Positions 28,999 through 37,543 of a stretch of DNA of 64,000 nucleotides are shown piece by piece. A program made the translations under genes and the position numbers. Source of the stretch: an uncultured virus (IMG/VR IMGVR_UViG_3300037067_013258) (Duplodnaviria; Heunggongvirae; Uroviricota; Caudoviricetes). Within the stretch, counting starts at the first letter, position 1. Each line of letters opens with the position of its first letter. The stretch is taken from IMG/VR virus record IMGVR_UViG_3300037067_013258; one strand, written 5' to 3'. The notes beneath the pieces were generated by a model. That model was not told the DNA's origin. It did no database searches and saw only the letters and a program-made list of their open reading frames with translations.

Positions 28999-30103
28999 CT
29001 TTTACCTTCCTTTCCTTTAAAAGCATCTTCTCCAAAAAAGCCACTAATCGACTTTTCTGCTTTTCCTTGCGTCTTAAAAATAATGCAACACTTATGCTAA
29101 GAGGTGCTATAATATCAAAGAACACCGAAGGAAAACAACTCACTAAAAACTCTAGTGTGTCCCCTTTCATTCCTAACAACCTACCAGCAATAGTGTAAAA
29201 ATCCTCTCTTGTTATACTCTGCACCACCCCTGCCTGTTGCTCTTCATTTAACACCCTATCTTTGCTATCTCTGATTGCATTCAATTCCTTTTCAGCAGCG
29301 GTGATCTTTTTCTCCTGCTCACCTACTTTCTTATTTGTATCATCATACACTTTCTTTCCAGATTCAATTAATTCAGGTGTGTTGTACTGTCTTAATATTT
29401 CATTCAATTCACTTAACCTGATTTTAAGATTTTCAATATCAACTTCCTTTTCACCCTCCCTTTTCAACAAGCCATTCCATTTCATACTTTCCCTGGTTAC
29501 GTCATTACTACTCACAACTGCCTGCACTTTCTTCTCATTAGATGCATTATACATATAACGTATCGATGATTGCATAGAAAAAAGCAATACTACTAACCAG
29601 GTAATAAAATAAACTGTTGCCATTTTCCACTCACCATTTCTGGAATAGATGCCCGCCACCTGGAATGCACACACTGAAAACACTATCAATGTCACACTCA
29701 AAATAAATGCAAAGGAATCATTTTCAAGATGATCCTTGCCCCATGAATAAGTGAAGAGTAAAAGCATGATTATTGCACCAATTCCCACTAACAGCATGAT
29801 TACTCTTAAAATACCAATGAAAATGTCATCAAGTGACCACTTCTTTATTTTTGCCTTCACCTGCTCTGTAATAGTCTTTACGGGTTCCTCTTTTTTTGGA
29901 GGCTCAAATTTATATTGTGAATAATTACGCTTAAAAATACCTTTATCAACCAATTGTCGAAAACAAAGCTGTACCACTCTATGCTCCAGGTTTAGTGCTT
30001 TTTCAACATCGATAAATTGTGGTGTTTTCTGATATTTCTTAAGATAATCAAATATGAATGTTTTTACCTGTTCAATTGTTTTTTCATCCACCGCATATGT
30101 CAT
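28988..30103 (-). CDS. wHTH + 3 TM + coiled coil + TM membrane protein
   Basis: LexA-like N-terminal wHTH pattern, hydrophobic segments, long coiled coil. Confidence 0.65.
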   Translation of the reverse strand: MTYAVDEKTIEQVKTFIFDYLKKYQKTPQFIDVEKALNLEHRVVQLCFRQLVDKGIFKRNYSQYKFEPPKKEEPVKTITEQVKAKIKKWSLDDIFIGILRVIMLLVGIGAIIMLLLFTYSWGKDHLENDSFAFILSVTLIVFSVCAFQVAGIYSRNGEWKMATVYFITWLVVLLFSMQSSIRYMYNASNEKKVQAVVSSNDVTRESMKWNGLLKREGEKEVDIENLKIRLSELNEILRQYNTPELIESGKKVYDDTNKKVGEQEKKITAAEKELNAIRDSKDRVLNEEQQAGVVQSITREDFYTIAGRLLGMKGDTLEFLVSCFPSVFFDIIAPLSISVALFLRRKEKQKSRLVAFLEKMLLKERKVKDEH

Positions 30104-30315
30104 TATTTACTTTCCTTATAAAAAGACAAAATTCTTATTACATTTTTAACAGAAATTAGCCCCATTTCTCCTGCTTTTTCTAATTGCTTTTCAAACACTT
30201 CTAACTTTAATTTAAATGTTTCAAAAGACAACTGATTTATTCTTATATTTTCAGCTTTATCTTTTATGCCCTGTGATAATGCTTTTTTCTTTTGCTTTTC
30301 TGTTAAATATTTCAT
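30103..30315 (-). CDS. Hypothetical protein
   Basis: ORF track; RBS. Confidence 0.5.
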   Translation of the reverse strand: MKYLTEKQKKKALSQGIKDKAENIRINQLSFETFKLKLEVFEKQLEKAGEMGLISVKNVIRILSFYKESK

Positions 30316-30321
30316 ACCTTT

Positions 30322-30855
30322 TCACTTCCCCTTATTCAATTCTACACATCTTTTATGCAAATCAAACATAAAAGCTATATTTTTTCTGTAATCATCCCCA
30401 TACTTGTTACCAAAGGGATAAACAGAATTAACCCTGGTTTCAAATTCCTGCAATGTTCCTTTCCAACAACCACACACAATTTCTGTACGCACATTATCAA
30501 AATACATGGTTGTTTGTGCATCACGTGATCCAACACATCCAGTCACAAATCGCTGAGGATTTTTCTTCCAACCACTGCAATAATTGCAATCACTGCAATC
30601 ACTGCAATTACTGCAATTACTGCAATATCTGCAATTACTGCAATTACTGCAACCACTGCAACCACTGCAACCACTGCAACCACTGCAATCACTGCAACCA
30701 CTGCAACCACTGCAATACCTGCAATCACTGCAATCACTGCAATATCTGCAATTACTCAATGTGTTTGAAAACATTTCTGCTTGGTCTTTGGTATAGATTT
30801 CTTTATTCCATTTATTATTATTTTCATCTACATAGTAACCGTTTAATAATTTCAT
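30322..30855 (-). CDS. (Cxx)20 cysteine-repeat protein
   Basis: 20 Cxx triplets followed by VGSR...CGCWKGTLQEFE. Confidence 0.8.
   Translation of the reverse strand: MKLLNGYYVDENNNKWNKEIYTKDQAEMFSNTLSNCRYCSDCSDCRYCSGCSGCSDCSGCSGCSGCSGCSNCSNCRYCSNCSNCSDCSDCNYCSGWKKNPQRFVTGCVGSRDAQTTMYFDNVRTEIVCGCWKGTLQEFETRVNSVYPFGNKYGDDYRKNIAFMFDLHKRCVELNKGK
30571..30750. repeat. 9-bp tandem repeat, 20 units
   Basis: Variants of ACCACTGCA/ATCACTGCA/ATTACTGCA/ATATCTGCA. Confidence 0.95.
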
Positions 30856-30881
30856 ATCTTTTCACCTTCCTTCAAAACAAT

Positions 30882-30911
30882 ACTATATTCAAAATTTCCA
30901 AAACAGAAACA
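30882..30911 (-). promoter_or_regulatory. Class-II promoter motif, copy 3
   Basis: TGTTTCTGTTTTGGAAATTTTGAA-TATAGT. Confidence 0.5.
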
Positions 30912-30918
30912 CAATTTT

Positions 30919-32310
30919 TCAATTTTTTACCAATTCTCTTTTTTTCGCAGGATACTTATCATCATACCTTTCCTCAGCATTATTCAATTCCTTCTCCCCT
31001 ACATCAATCACATAGCCATGCTCTTTTTCCAACCAAGATAGGAACAGATCCCACGTTTTACAATTCATGCCGAAATTATTAACAGACCACTTCCCTTTCC
31101 AGGTTTGTGCAAATTCGTATATCATGGCAATTAAGTCTGAAAAACAACCAAGATAAGATCTAAAACCGTCCATACCCCTTAAGGTATGGTACTTACACAA
31201 TTTTTTCACCCTGGCTGAATACCACAAATAGAGCTCTTTTGCTTTTGGGTAATACGAAAATTTAGGCCATGTATCCTGCCCTATCACTTCACCACCACCA
31301 AAATCAATTATTGTTTCCTGCACATCCTCTGGCAGTGATTCTATAACCTTTTCTGCACAGGTTTCCTGCATTTCCTTAGGATCGTTGAACAGGCAATACA
31401 AGAACCAGGAAGTTTTTTGTTTAAAATTGTACAGGAAATTTGCAAAGTTAAGGGTGAGCTTTTCCTTGTCAGCAGGCCAGTATCCTTCTTTTCGCATCAA
31501 TGCATAGTTTTTCACAGACTTTTCAAACATTTCTTGTATGTCATCATAGGGAAGTCTGCTTTGACCATTGGCTCCCACAGCCTTTTCACGTAATACCTTA
31601 AAATCTATGTGATTACGTTCAAGCCACTTGTCATCGAATAGGTAATTAGACTTGATCTTGCACTCATGCAGGGAATAAAGAAATTCCTGGATTCGTTCAT
31701 AAGTTTTAGTGGGGCAAAATTCGTCAGTTTCGTCCGGGAGGCGGTTGAAAAACTCGACGGCGGAAAAGCTTGTTTTAGTGATTGCTAATATCCTCTTATT
31801 TATCTTAGTTAAATTTACAGGATGATTATTGGTAGATGGCTTAGCACCTGTATTTTCAGGTGCTTTATCTACTCTTTTATTATCTGTATGTTTATCATAT
31901 GGTTTATTATCTGGTATTGGTTCGAGGTTTTTTATAATTCCATTTGTAGAATTTCCATTTTCCATTTCTATTTTTTCACAAATGGAATTGTTATCTTTTA
32001 TAAAGATTTCTTCATTTTCAAAAGCATACCATAATGTTCGATCATATCTTACCTGATTATAATTTCCTGTAATGATTATTTTTTGGTCTATAAGATTTTT
32101 TAACACTCTGCGTATTTGATTTTCAGTCCAGAATGGGAAAAGTCTTTTGAATGAAACAATAGAATTATATGTCCATGTATGTTTATCATGCATGTGTTTC
32201 TCGTTTGCTTTATTTTTTGCAATCCAAAATTTTAAATTTTGAAGCATTATTGCTTCGTCGAGACCATATTTTATAGCTTCATCTACATCAAAACTATAAA
32301 CTAAACTCAT
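30919..32310 (-). CDS. Replication initiator-like protein (N-terminal wHTH, lambda O-like layout)
   Basis: SFDVDEAIKYG..EAI.LQNLKFWI.KN...WTYNS...FPFW...YDRTLWY, a common phage replisome-organiser N-terminus. Confidence 0.7.
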   Translation of the reverse strand: MSLVYSFDVDEAIKYGLDEAIMLQNLKFWIAKNKANEKHMHDKHTWTYNSIVSFKRLFPFWTENQIRRVLKNLIDQKIIITGNYNQVRYDRTLWYAFENEEIFIKDNNSICEKIEMENGNSTNGIIKNLEPIPDNKPYDKHTDNKRVDKAPENTGAKPSTNNHPVNLTKINKRILAITKTSFSAVEFFNRLPDETDEFCPTKTYERIQEFLYSLHECKIKSNYLFDDKWLERNHIDFKVLREKAVGANGQSRLPYDDIQEMFEKSVKNYALMRKEGYWPADKEKLTLNFANFLYNFKQKTSWFLYCLFNDPKEMQETCAEKVIESLPEDVQETIIDFGGGEVIGQDTWPKFSYYPKAKELYLWYSARVKKLCKYHTLRGMDGFRSYLGCFSDLIAMIYEFAQTWKGKWSVNNFGMNCKTWDLFLSWLEKEHGYVIDVGEKELNNAEERYDDKYPAKKRELVKN

Positions 32311-32592
32311 TTTTAACACCTCACTTATTTATAAATTCTTTCCAGTTTTCAAGATTTTTTTGATTATCAGCTAAAAATTTGTGCCATTCACCCGTTTTGA
32401 TATCAAGTTCTAACATAAGCATGATTTTATCATCATTTTCATTGCTTTTTCTTTTTGGACTTCGGTAAAATTGCTTCTTAAGTATTTTCATATAAAACGT
32501 CCTCTTTAATTTTAAAAATATCTCGATTGATGAAACTATATATTTTTGTACTTATGCACTTAAAATTCATTAAATTACCGTGCATGTTTTTA

Positions 32593-32901
32593 TTAAACTG
32601 ACCTTTTTAAAATAGGTTTTAGATTGTCTTTGTTTCCTTTTTTGTTTGGATTTTTCCCTTTTTTAAAAAGAAATAAAGGGCATTCTGTAAAAGAGCATTT
32701 TTTAATATTTTGAACACCGTCACTACAATCAATGCAATACTCTTTTATTTTTTTAATGGGTCTTATGTCTGAAATTTCTTTTTTTCCAAATCTTAAATTA
32801 TAGAAAGGGCAATCAGTAGAAGGGCACTTTAAAACTTCATTTGATTGATGATTCATACAAGAATCAACACAATATTTTCTTATCGCTGTTAATGGTCTCA
32901 T
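32593..32901 (-). CDS. Protein with a duplicated Cys-rich Zn-binding module
   Basis: Two copies of I(R/K)xYCxDxC...C....CP(F/L). Confidence 0.7.
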   Translation of the reverse strand: MRPLTAIRKYCVDSCMNHQSNEVLKCPSTDCPFYNLRFGKKEISDIRPIKKIKEYCIDCSDGVQNIKKCSFTECPLFLFKKGKNPNKKGNKDNLKPILKRSV

Positions 32902-32920
32902 AAAACCTCCCGGAAAATAA

Positions 32921-33064
32921 AAAGCCCTTTCAGGGAGTGTGCCCGGCCAGGCATAAAAACTGTCGATGCGAAAACAGTTTTTATTTTTAACACTCCCTTT
33001 AAGGGCTATGTTCTCTTATTTTTCACATCTATTTTTTTGTTATCTTGTGGCCTGTTGATAACAT
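32921..33064 (-). ncRNA. c4/CI-like structured leader RNA with complementary upstream sites
   Basis: Three-way junction 32923-33007; both loops are complementary to upstream sites 33020-33029 and 33048-33052. Confidence 0.55.
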
Positions 33065-33070
33065 AAATCA

Positions 33071-33099
33071 ATAATACTCCCAATATTTTGTTTTGTCAA
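33071..33099 (-). promoter_or_regulatory. Sigma70-type leftward promoter
   Basis: TTGACA-17 bp-TATTAT. Confidence 0.75.
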
Positions 33100-33109
33100 C
33101 AAAAATCTC

Positions 33110-33138
33110 TTGACTTTATGATATTTTTGTAGTAATTT
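33110..33138 (+). promoter_or_regulatory. Rightward promoter candidate (sRNA)
   Basis: TTGACT-17 bp-TAATTT, back-to-back with the leftward promoter. Confidence 0.45.
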
Positions 33139-33144
33139 TGAATT

Positions 33145-33236
33145 AACGACTTTGTGCCTTTTCCTTATATTTTCCTTTTATCCTAAACCTTCCTGGGTGG
33201 TTGATCGATTTCCCGTTGACAGCCACCCTTCTTTTA
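33145..33236 (+). ncRNA. Candidate ~90-nt pyrimidine-rich sRNA ending in an intrinsic terminator
   Basis: Promoter upstream; hairpin GGGTGGTTG/CAGCCACCC (U.G wobble on the plus strand) followed by TTCTTTT; no ORF. Confidence 0.45.
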
Positions 33237-33259
33237 ATGAAAATAATTGTAAAAAGTAC

Positions 33260-33288
33260 TTTACTTTATTTGTAAAAAGGTGTATATT
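33260..33288 (+). promoter_or_regulatory. Sigma70-type promoter of the accessory block
   Basis: TTTACT-17 bp-TATATT. Confidence 0.6.
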
Positions 33289-33327
33289 TGTAGTATCAGA
33301 TCGAAGGAAATAATCTGAAAAGGAAGG

Positions 33328-34077
33328 TTGGGTTTGTTAAAAATAGGATTTGCTAATAAATACTATACTTTATGGAATGTGTATGATCTTGACGGATGGA
33401 CACATTACGAATATCAGCAGAATTTAAGTTTTGATTTTAATATTGCTGTACAAAAAGCAGGCACAAAGGATTATGATGAATTTTTAAAAGGTGAAAGCAA
33501 ATCCTTTAAAATAGCAAAAGTATATGAAGATCTTGGCGGAAATACTATAATCGATTTCGGCAAATATTCTGGCAGCACATTAGATTATATTGTACAGAAC
33601 GATTATTCATATATTGAGTGGCTTATTGATAACTGTTGCAACACACAATTACGATCTATTATTCAAAATCTAGATATTGTTAAGGAAAAAGAAAACCAAA
33701 AAACTCAAGAGACTGCCGCTTGGTTAAAATCAATTCAGGAAATACCAGTATTCGAGATTGATTCTAAAATAGAATTAACTATTACTTTTGATAGGAACCT
33801 TTCATTTTTTGATGGATTAAAAAAAGCTATGTGTAGACAAAATCTTGAAACTAGATTGACAGTTGATTTATTATTTAATGATTCAAAGGAATTTTTTTAT
33901 AATGGCCATTCATATTGGTTGCCAACAATAAACGGAAAGGCAAAAAGAATCAAAGGCAAAACTATTAAAATTATAGGTATTGCTAAAGATATCGACATAA
34001 GTAAATATGCAAAATTACAACAAATTGAAGTGCAATCTTTTAAAATATTAAAGGAAGGGTTAAATGGGAAAAATTAG
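33328..34077 (+). CDS. Hypothetical protein with FGKYxG motif (DUF3820/ExoX-C-like)
   Basis: IDFGKYSGSTL...DYSYIEWL. Confidence 0.6.
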   Translation: MGLLKIGFANKYYTLWNVYDLDGWTHYEYQQNLSFDFNIAVQKAGTKDYDEFLKGESKSFKIAKVYEDLGGNTIIDFGKYSGSTLDYIVQNDYSYIEWLIDNCCNTQLRSIIQNLDIVKEKENQKTQETAAWLKSIQEIPVFEIDSKIELTITFDRNLSFFDGLKKAMCRQNLETRLTVDLLFNDSKEFFYNGHSYWLPTINGKAKRIKGKTIKIIGIAKDIDISKYAKLQQIEVQSFKILKEGLNGKN

Positions 34078-34480
34078 ATTTTTTTATAATGGCTTGAAAA
34101 CCGAATCAGGTAAGCTTGAAAAAGCTTACTTTTCTTATAGTACAAAATCAGACGGTTCAAAGCATGTCATGTGTTATAAAGATAGTTATGACCATTTTTC
34201 AGAAACAATCAGAAAGGAATTGCAGGCCATAAACAAATCTGATTACCAGACTGACTATGTTGTGCATGACCACATTGAATTTAATGCAAATTCCCCATAT
34301 TGGATCGAAGCATTAAAAATGGCAAAAATCACCATAGAAAAAAAGATTGTACGTATTACAAAAAAAATAGAAAATCCCAAAACAGAAAAGTATTTATTGT
34401 CAGGGCTTATCAGGGATGTTGAATATGCAAAAAGAGAAAGTGCAGAAATCAGTGCACTTATTGGAAAGGCTGGAAAATAA
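34064..34480 (+). CDS. Hypothetical protein
   Basis: ORF track; IRFFYNGLK...NKSDYQTDY. Confidence 0.65.
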   Translation: MGKIRFFYNGLKTESGKLEKAYFSYSTKSDGSKHVMCYKDSYDHFSETIRKELQAINKSDYQTDYVVHDHIEFNANSPYWIEALKMAKITIEKKIVRITKKIENPKTEKYLLSGLIRDVEYAKRESAEISALIGKAGK

Positions 34481-34481
34481 C

Positions 34482-34691
34482 ATGAAAGCATATGACAAAG
34501 AATTTATTGAAATACAAGAGCAATTTGAAAAATTCATTAAAAGTAGCACAATCAGATACCCTGTCGAAAGGGTGAAACCAGAAGAAAAGACAGTAAAAGA
34601 TGAATTTTATCATAATGGGGATATCAATAATCTATTCAAGGTATACATGGCTGGTTATAGCCACGGTCAATATGCCGGAAGAAATGAATAA
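34482..34691 (+). CDS. Hypothetical protein
   Basis: ORF track; start trimmed to MKAYD. Confidence 0.6.
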   Translation: MKAYDKEFIEIQEQFEKFIKSSTIRYPVERVKPEEKTVKDEFYHNGDINNLFKVYMAGYSHGQYAGRNE

Positions 34692-34707
34692 TATATAAAA
34701 ATAGTGC

Positions 34708-34736
34708 TTGACTTTATAATCGAAATGTGTTAACTT
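34708..34736 (+). promoter_or_regulatory. Sigma70-type promoter
   Basis: TTGACT-17 bp-TAACTT. Confidence 0.5.
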
Positions 34737-34775
34737 ATGCTTAACGGTGAGGGAAACACCGAAAGGAAGGTTAAT

Positions 34776-35066
34776 ATGGAAAAAAATTATCAAGATTTAC
34801 TTAATCATTTAAAAAACCATGAACAGTCCGTTTACCTGGATGTCCAGGGTGTAATTATCCTGGAAGCTGAAAAGAACAATCAGCTTTTCTATGATTGGCT
34901 TTTATTGAAAGGCACAGAAAAATCCTTACAGGGTACCACAGCAGCTCTTGATCTTAACGGGCAGGATCCTTTAACATTTGAAAAAATCCCGGAATGTTTT
35001 AAAGAGCCTGGATGGGATTGTATCGATTATGAACGGTATGCTGACAGGGGGATGGAAGAAAATTGA
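34776..35066 (+). CDS. Acidic hypothetical protein
   Basis: Start MEKNY after AAGGAAGGT; own promoter and downstream hairpin. Confidence 0.65.
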   Translation: MEKNYQDLLNHLKNHEQSVYLDVQGVIILEAEKNNQLFYDWLLLKGTEKSLQGTTAALDLNGQDPLTFEKIPECFKEPGWDCIDYERYADRGMEEN

Positions 35067-35092
35067 GGAACGGGGCGAAAGCCCCTTCCTTT
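35067..35092 (+). terminator. Intrinsic terminator-like hairpin
   Basis: GGGGC-GAAA-GCCCC followed by TTCCTTT. Confidence 0.6.
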
Positions 35093-35121
35093 AAAATACA
35101 AGGAAAAGGAAGGTTGAAAAT

Positions 35122-35436
35122 ATGGAAAACCATACAGGAAATATTGTGTATTTACATGAGACAATCAAAGGTCTGATTGTCTGGATAAATAATCAGGAAA
35201 GTATTCCTGATTTTGAAAAAGAAAGTAAAATAAAAGAGTTGATAGAAGATTTAAAGGAAACAGGCTGCACCATATCCTCTGTCAAATGCATGGGTTCATG
35301 GACAAAGGGGATGCATTACACCCTTATGAATTTGTTTGTCACTGCGGATGGTATGGGGACCTGGACTTGCCCTATGTGTGGAAGTGCTAAAAAAGCTGTA
35401 AAAATACAAGGGTTTTGGTTTGAGGATCAAGAATAA
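35122..35436 (+). CDS. Hypothetical protein
   Basis: ORF track; WTCPMCG. Confidence 0.65.
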   Translation: MENHTGNIVYLHETIKGLIVWINNQESIPDFEKESKIKELIEDLKETGCTISSVKCMGSWTKGMHYTLMNLFVTADGMGTWTCPMCGSAKKAVKIQGFWFEDQE

Positions 35437-35437
35437 G

Positions 35438-35464
35438 TAAAGGGGGGGGGTTACTCTCCCTTTA
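35438..35464 (+). terminator. Hairpin (terminator or stabiliser)
   Basis: TAAAGGGGGGG/CTCTCCCTTTA. Confidence 0.45.
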
Positions 35465-35492
35465 AGTTCAATAAAAGGAAGACTGAAATAAT

Positions 35493-36368
35493 ATGGAAAA
35501 TGAAAACAAACAAAACGATCTTTATAATGAACGTAAGGCAAATTATGAAGAAAAAAGGGAACGCAGGATTGACAAATATAAATCCAGAGCAAGAAAAGCC
35601 TCTATAAGTTCAGAGCAGCACAGAAAAATTGCAGACGATGCAGTATCCGGTATTGTGCCAGGTCAACCTATTCTCATAGGTCATCATTCAGAAAAAAGAC
35701 ACAGGGCAGCCCTTAATAAATGCCATTCCCATATGGACAAAACAATTGAAGAACAGGACAAAGCTGCTTATTATTTTGAGAAGGCAATAGCAGCAGAAAG
35801 TAATACTGCAATTTCTTCCGATGATCCAGACGCTATAAACAAATTACAGGAAAAAATCGATAAATTAAAAGTAGAACAGGAATTCATGAAAAAGGTCAAT
35901 CGGGAATACAAAAAACATATTACAGCAAAAGCAAAAGGTGAAAAGTACCCTATGCAACTAACTGAAGAAGAAAAAGTCATTGTCATGGAGAGCATTAAAA
36001 GAATGCGTTCCTATGACCGTCAACCATATCCAGGTTTTGAATTGACCAGCATCAACAACAAAATTAAAATAGCTGAAAATAGGATTAAGCAATTACAAAA
36101 ATTTACTGCAAATAACACTGAGAATAAAAAATACACAATCGAAGGAATACCAGGGGTTGAATTTGAAAATAATGTGGTTGAAAATCGGTTTAAAGTGTAT
36201 ACAAAAATGGGTAAAGTGAAATCTTTTGAACTTGGTTTGCCTGGTATTTTTAAAAGGCTTGGTTTTATTTGGTGTGGCACAGATACTTGTTATCAAAGGA
36301 AACTATCAACTTTGAGTGGTTATGTGAAAGCTTCATTGGTTGAAGCGTTAAAAGAAGCATTGAAGTAA
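35493..36368 (+). CDS. DUF3560-domain protein
   Basis: PGQPILIGHHSEKRHR and AISSDDPDA. Confidence 0.85.
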   Translation: MENENKQNDLYNERKANYEEKRERRIDKYKSRARKASISSEQHRKIADDAVSGIVPGQPILIGHHSEKRHRAALNKCHSHMDKTIEEQDKAAYYFEKAIAAESNTAISSDDPDAINKLQEKIDKLKVEQEFMKKVNREYKKHITAKAKGEKYPMQLTEEEKVIVMESIKRMRSYDRQPYPGFELTSINNKIKIAENRIKQLQKFTANNTENKKYTIEGIPGVEFENNVVENRFKVYTKMGKVKSFELGLPGIFKRLGFIWCGTDTCYQRKLSTLSGYVKASLVEALKEALK

Positions 36369-36664
36369 TGGCACAAAAAAAGACTGACATACCAAAAGAA
36401 TTATTATATATACATAATCTTTTTAATGCATTTTATGGTTATATTTGTTTTGACTGTTTTCCGTGCCATGAATTTGATGTTTATAAATATGTAGTTGGTT
36501 TTTCACCCGATCCGCCAAGAGGATCGTGTGTTGAAGAAAGAACGATTGCAATGGTGAGTGAATGTCCAAAATGCTTTAGAATATTTTGGTTGCACTGTGA
36601 AGGCAAAGAGATAGAAGGGTACTTGCGATATAAAAAGAAAATGGCAGAATCAGGGGTGAAATGA
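36368..36664 (+). CDS. Cys-containing hypothetical protein
   Basis: CFDC...ECPKC. Confidence 0.55.
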   Translation: MAQKKTDIPKELLYIHNLFNAFYGYICFDCFPCHEFDVYKYVVGFSPDPPRGSCVEERTIAMVSECPKCFRIFWLHCEGKEIEGYLRYKKKMAESGVK

Positions 36665-37092
36665 TGGAGATTAAAATCAGGTATGTTGTAAAAGATCCAG
36701 TTGGAAAAATTACAATGAAATCATTCATGCTAAAAGAAGTCGAAGACGGTTTGCTTAATTATTGGCTTGCCGGTTTTCAAGATTCGGATATAAAAATAAT
36801 TTCCCGTGATTTATTTACAGGGAAACAAGATTGCACACGAACAAAAGAATTCCCAAATGGTAAAGAAATTTATTCGGGTGATATAGTGAAAAGTGAATAC
36901 AGAAATTGGATTTTAAAAATAGAAATTGGAGAAGCAAAATATTTAGGGATTGGTGTAAACATAATTGGTGTTATAGCACATTCTTGCAATGACAGCAATA
37001 AGCGATCGGAACCGTGGATGCATGATTCTGGGGTTTATGATTGGGAAATTATCGGCAATCGTCATCAAAACCCTGAACTATGCAAGGAGTAA
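36661..37092 (+). CDS. YopX-family protein
   Basis: FTGKQD...GKEIYSGDIV...EIIGN.HQNPEL. Confidence 0.85.
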   Translation: MMEIKIRYVVKDPVGKITMKSFMLKEVEDGLLNYWLAGFQDSDIKIISRDLFTGKQDCTRTKEFPNGKEIYSGDIVKSEYRNWILKIEIGEAKYLGIGVNIIGVIAHSCNDSNKRSEPWMHDSGVYDWEIIGNRHQNPELCKE

Positions 37093-37094
37093 AT

Positions 37095-37385
37095 ATGAAA
37101 GCACCTAAAATTATTTATTCAGTGACAGAAAATGATTTGCTAAAACGTTTTGAATTTATTGCTATGGTGTCAGGCCAGAAAAACAGAGCCTGGTATAGAG
37201 AGTACGGATCACCAATTACGGCTTATGTCAATCTTTATAAGATGACAAATAACGTGAATGGAGAGCAATACTATATTGATAAAAAAATTGCCATACAGCA
37301 AGCAATAAAAGTTTTGGAAAGTTCGATAAAAAGCAAGCAGACGTATATCGATGAATACAAAGCAGAATTAAAGGAAGAGCAATGA
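37095..37385 (+). CDS. Hypothetical protein
   Basis: ORF track; RBS AAGGAG. Confidence 0.6.
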   Translation: MKAPKIIYSVTENDLLKRFEFIAMVSGQKNRAWYREYGSPITAYVNLYKMTNNVNGEQYYIDKKIAIQQAIKVLESSIKSKQTYIDEYKAELKEEQ

Positions 37386-37543
37386 ACAAACAATACGAAA
37401 AAGAATATCACAGGCTTGTAATCGAATATAATAAAAAAGAATATCATAAGTTTATAACCAAATGCATGATCACTGTTTTATGTTTGGTTGTAGGTTTAAT
37501 AGCTACGATTATAATTTTTAGTAGATAGAATTGGAGGGTTTAA

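Noticed and set aside
30453..31082. (CNH)n, (QPL)n and (AVI)n ORFs over the 9-bp array
   Set aside because: Alternative frames kept open by the repeat. Only 30322-30855 has an RBS and matches operon direction.
32325..32491. Short broken ORF upstream of the initiator (MKILK then a frame change)
   Set aside because: Too short and unrecognisable. It cannot be told apart from a remnant or a single-base error.
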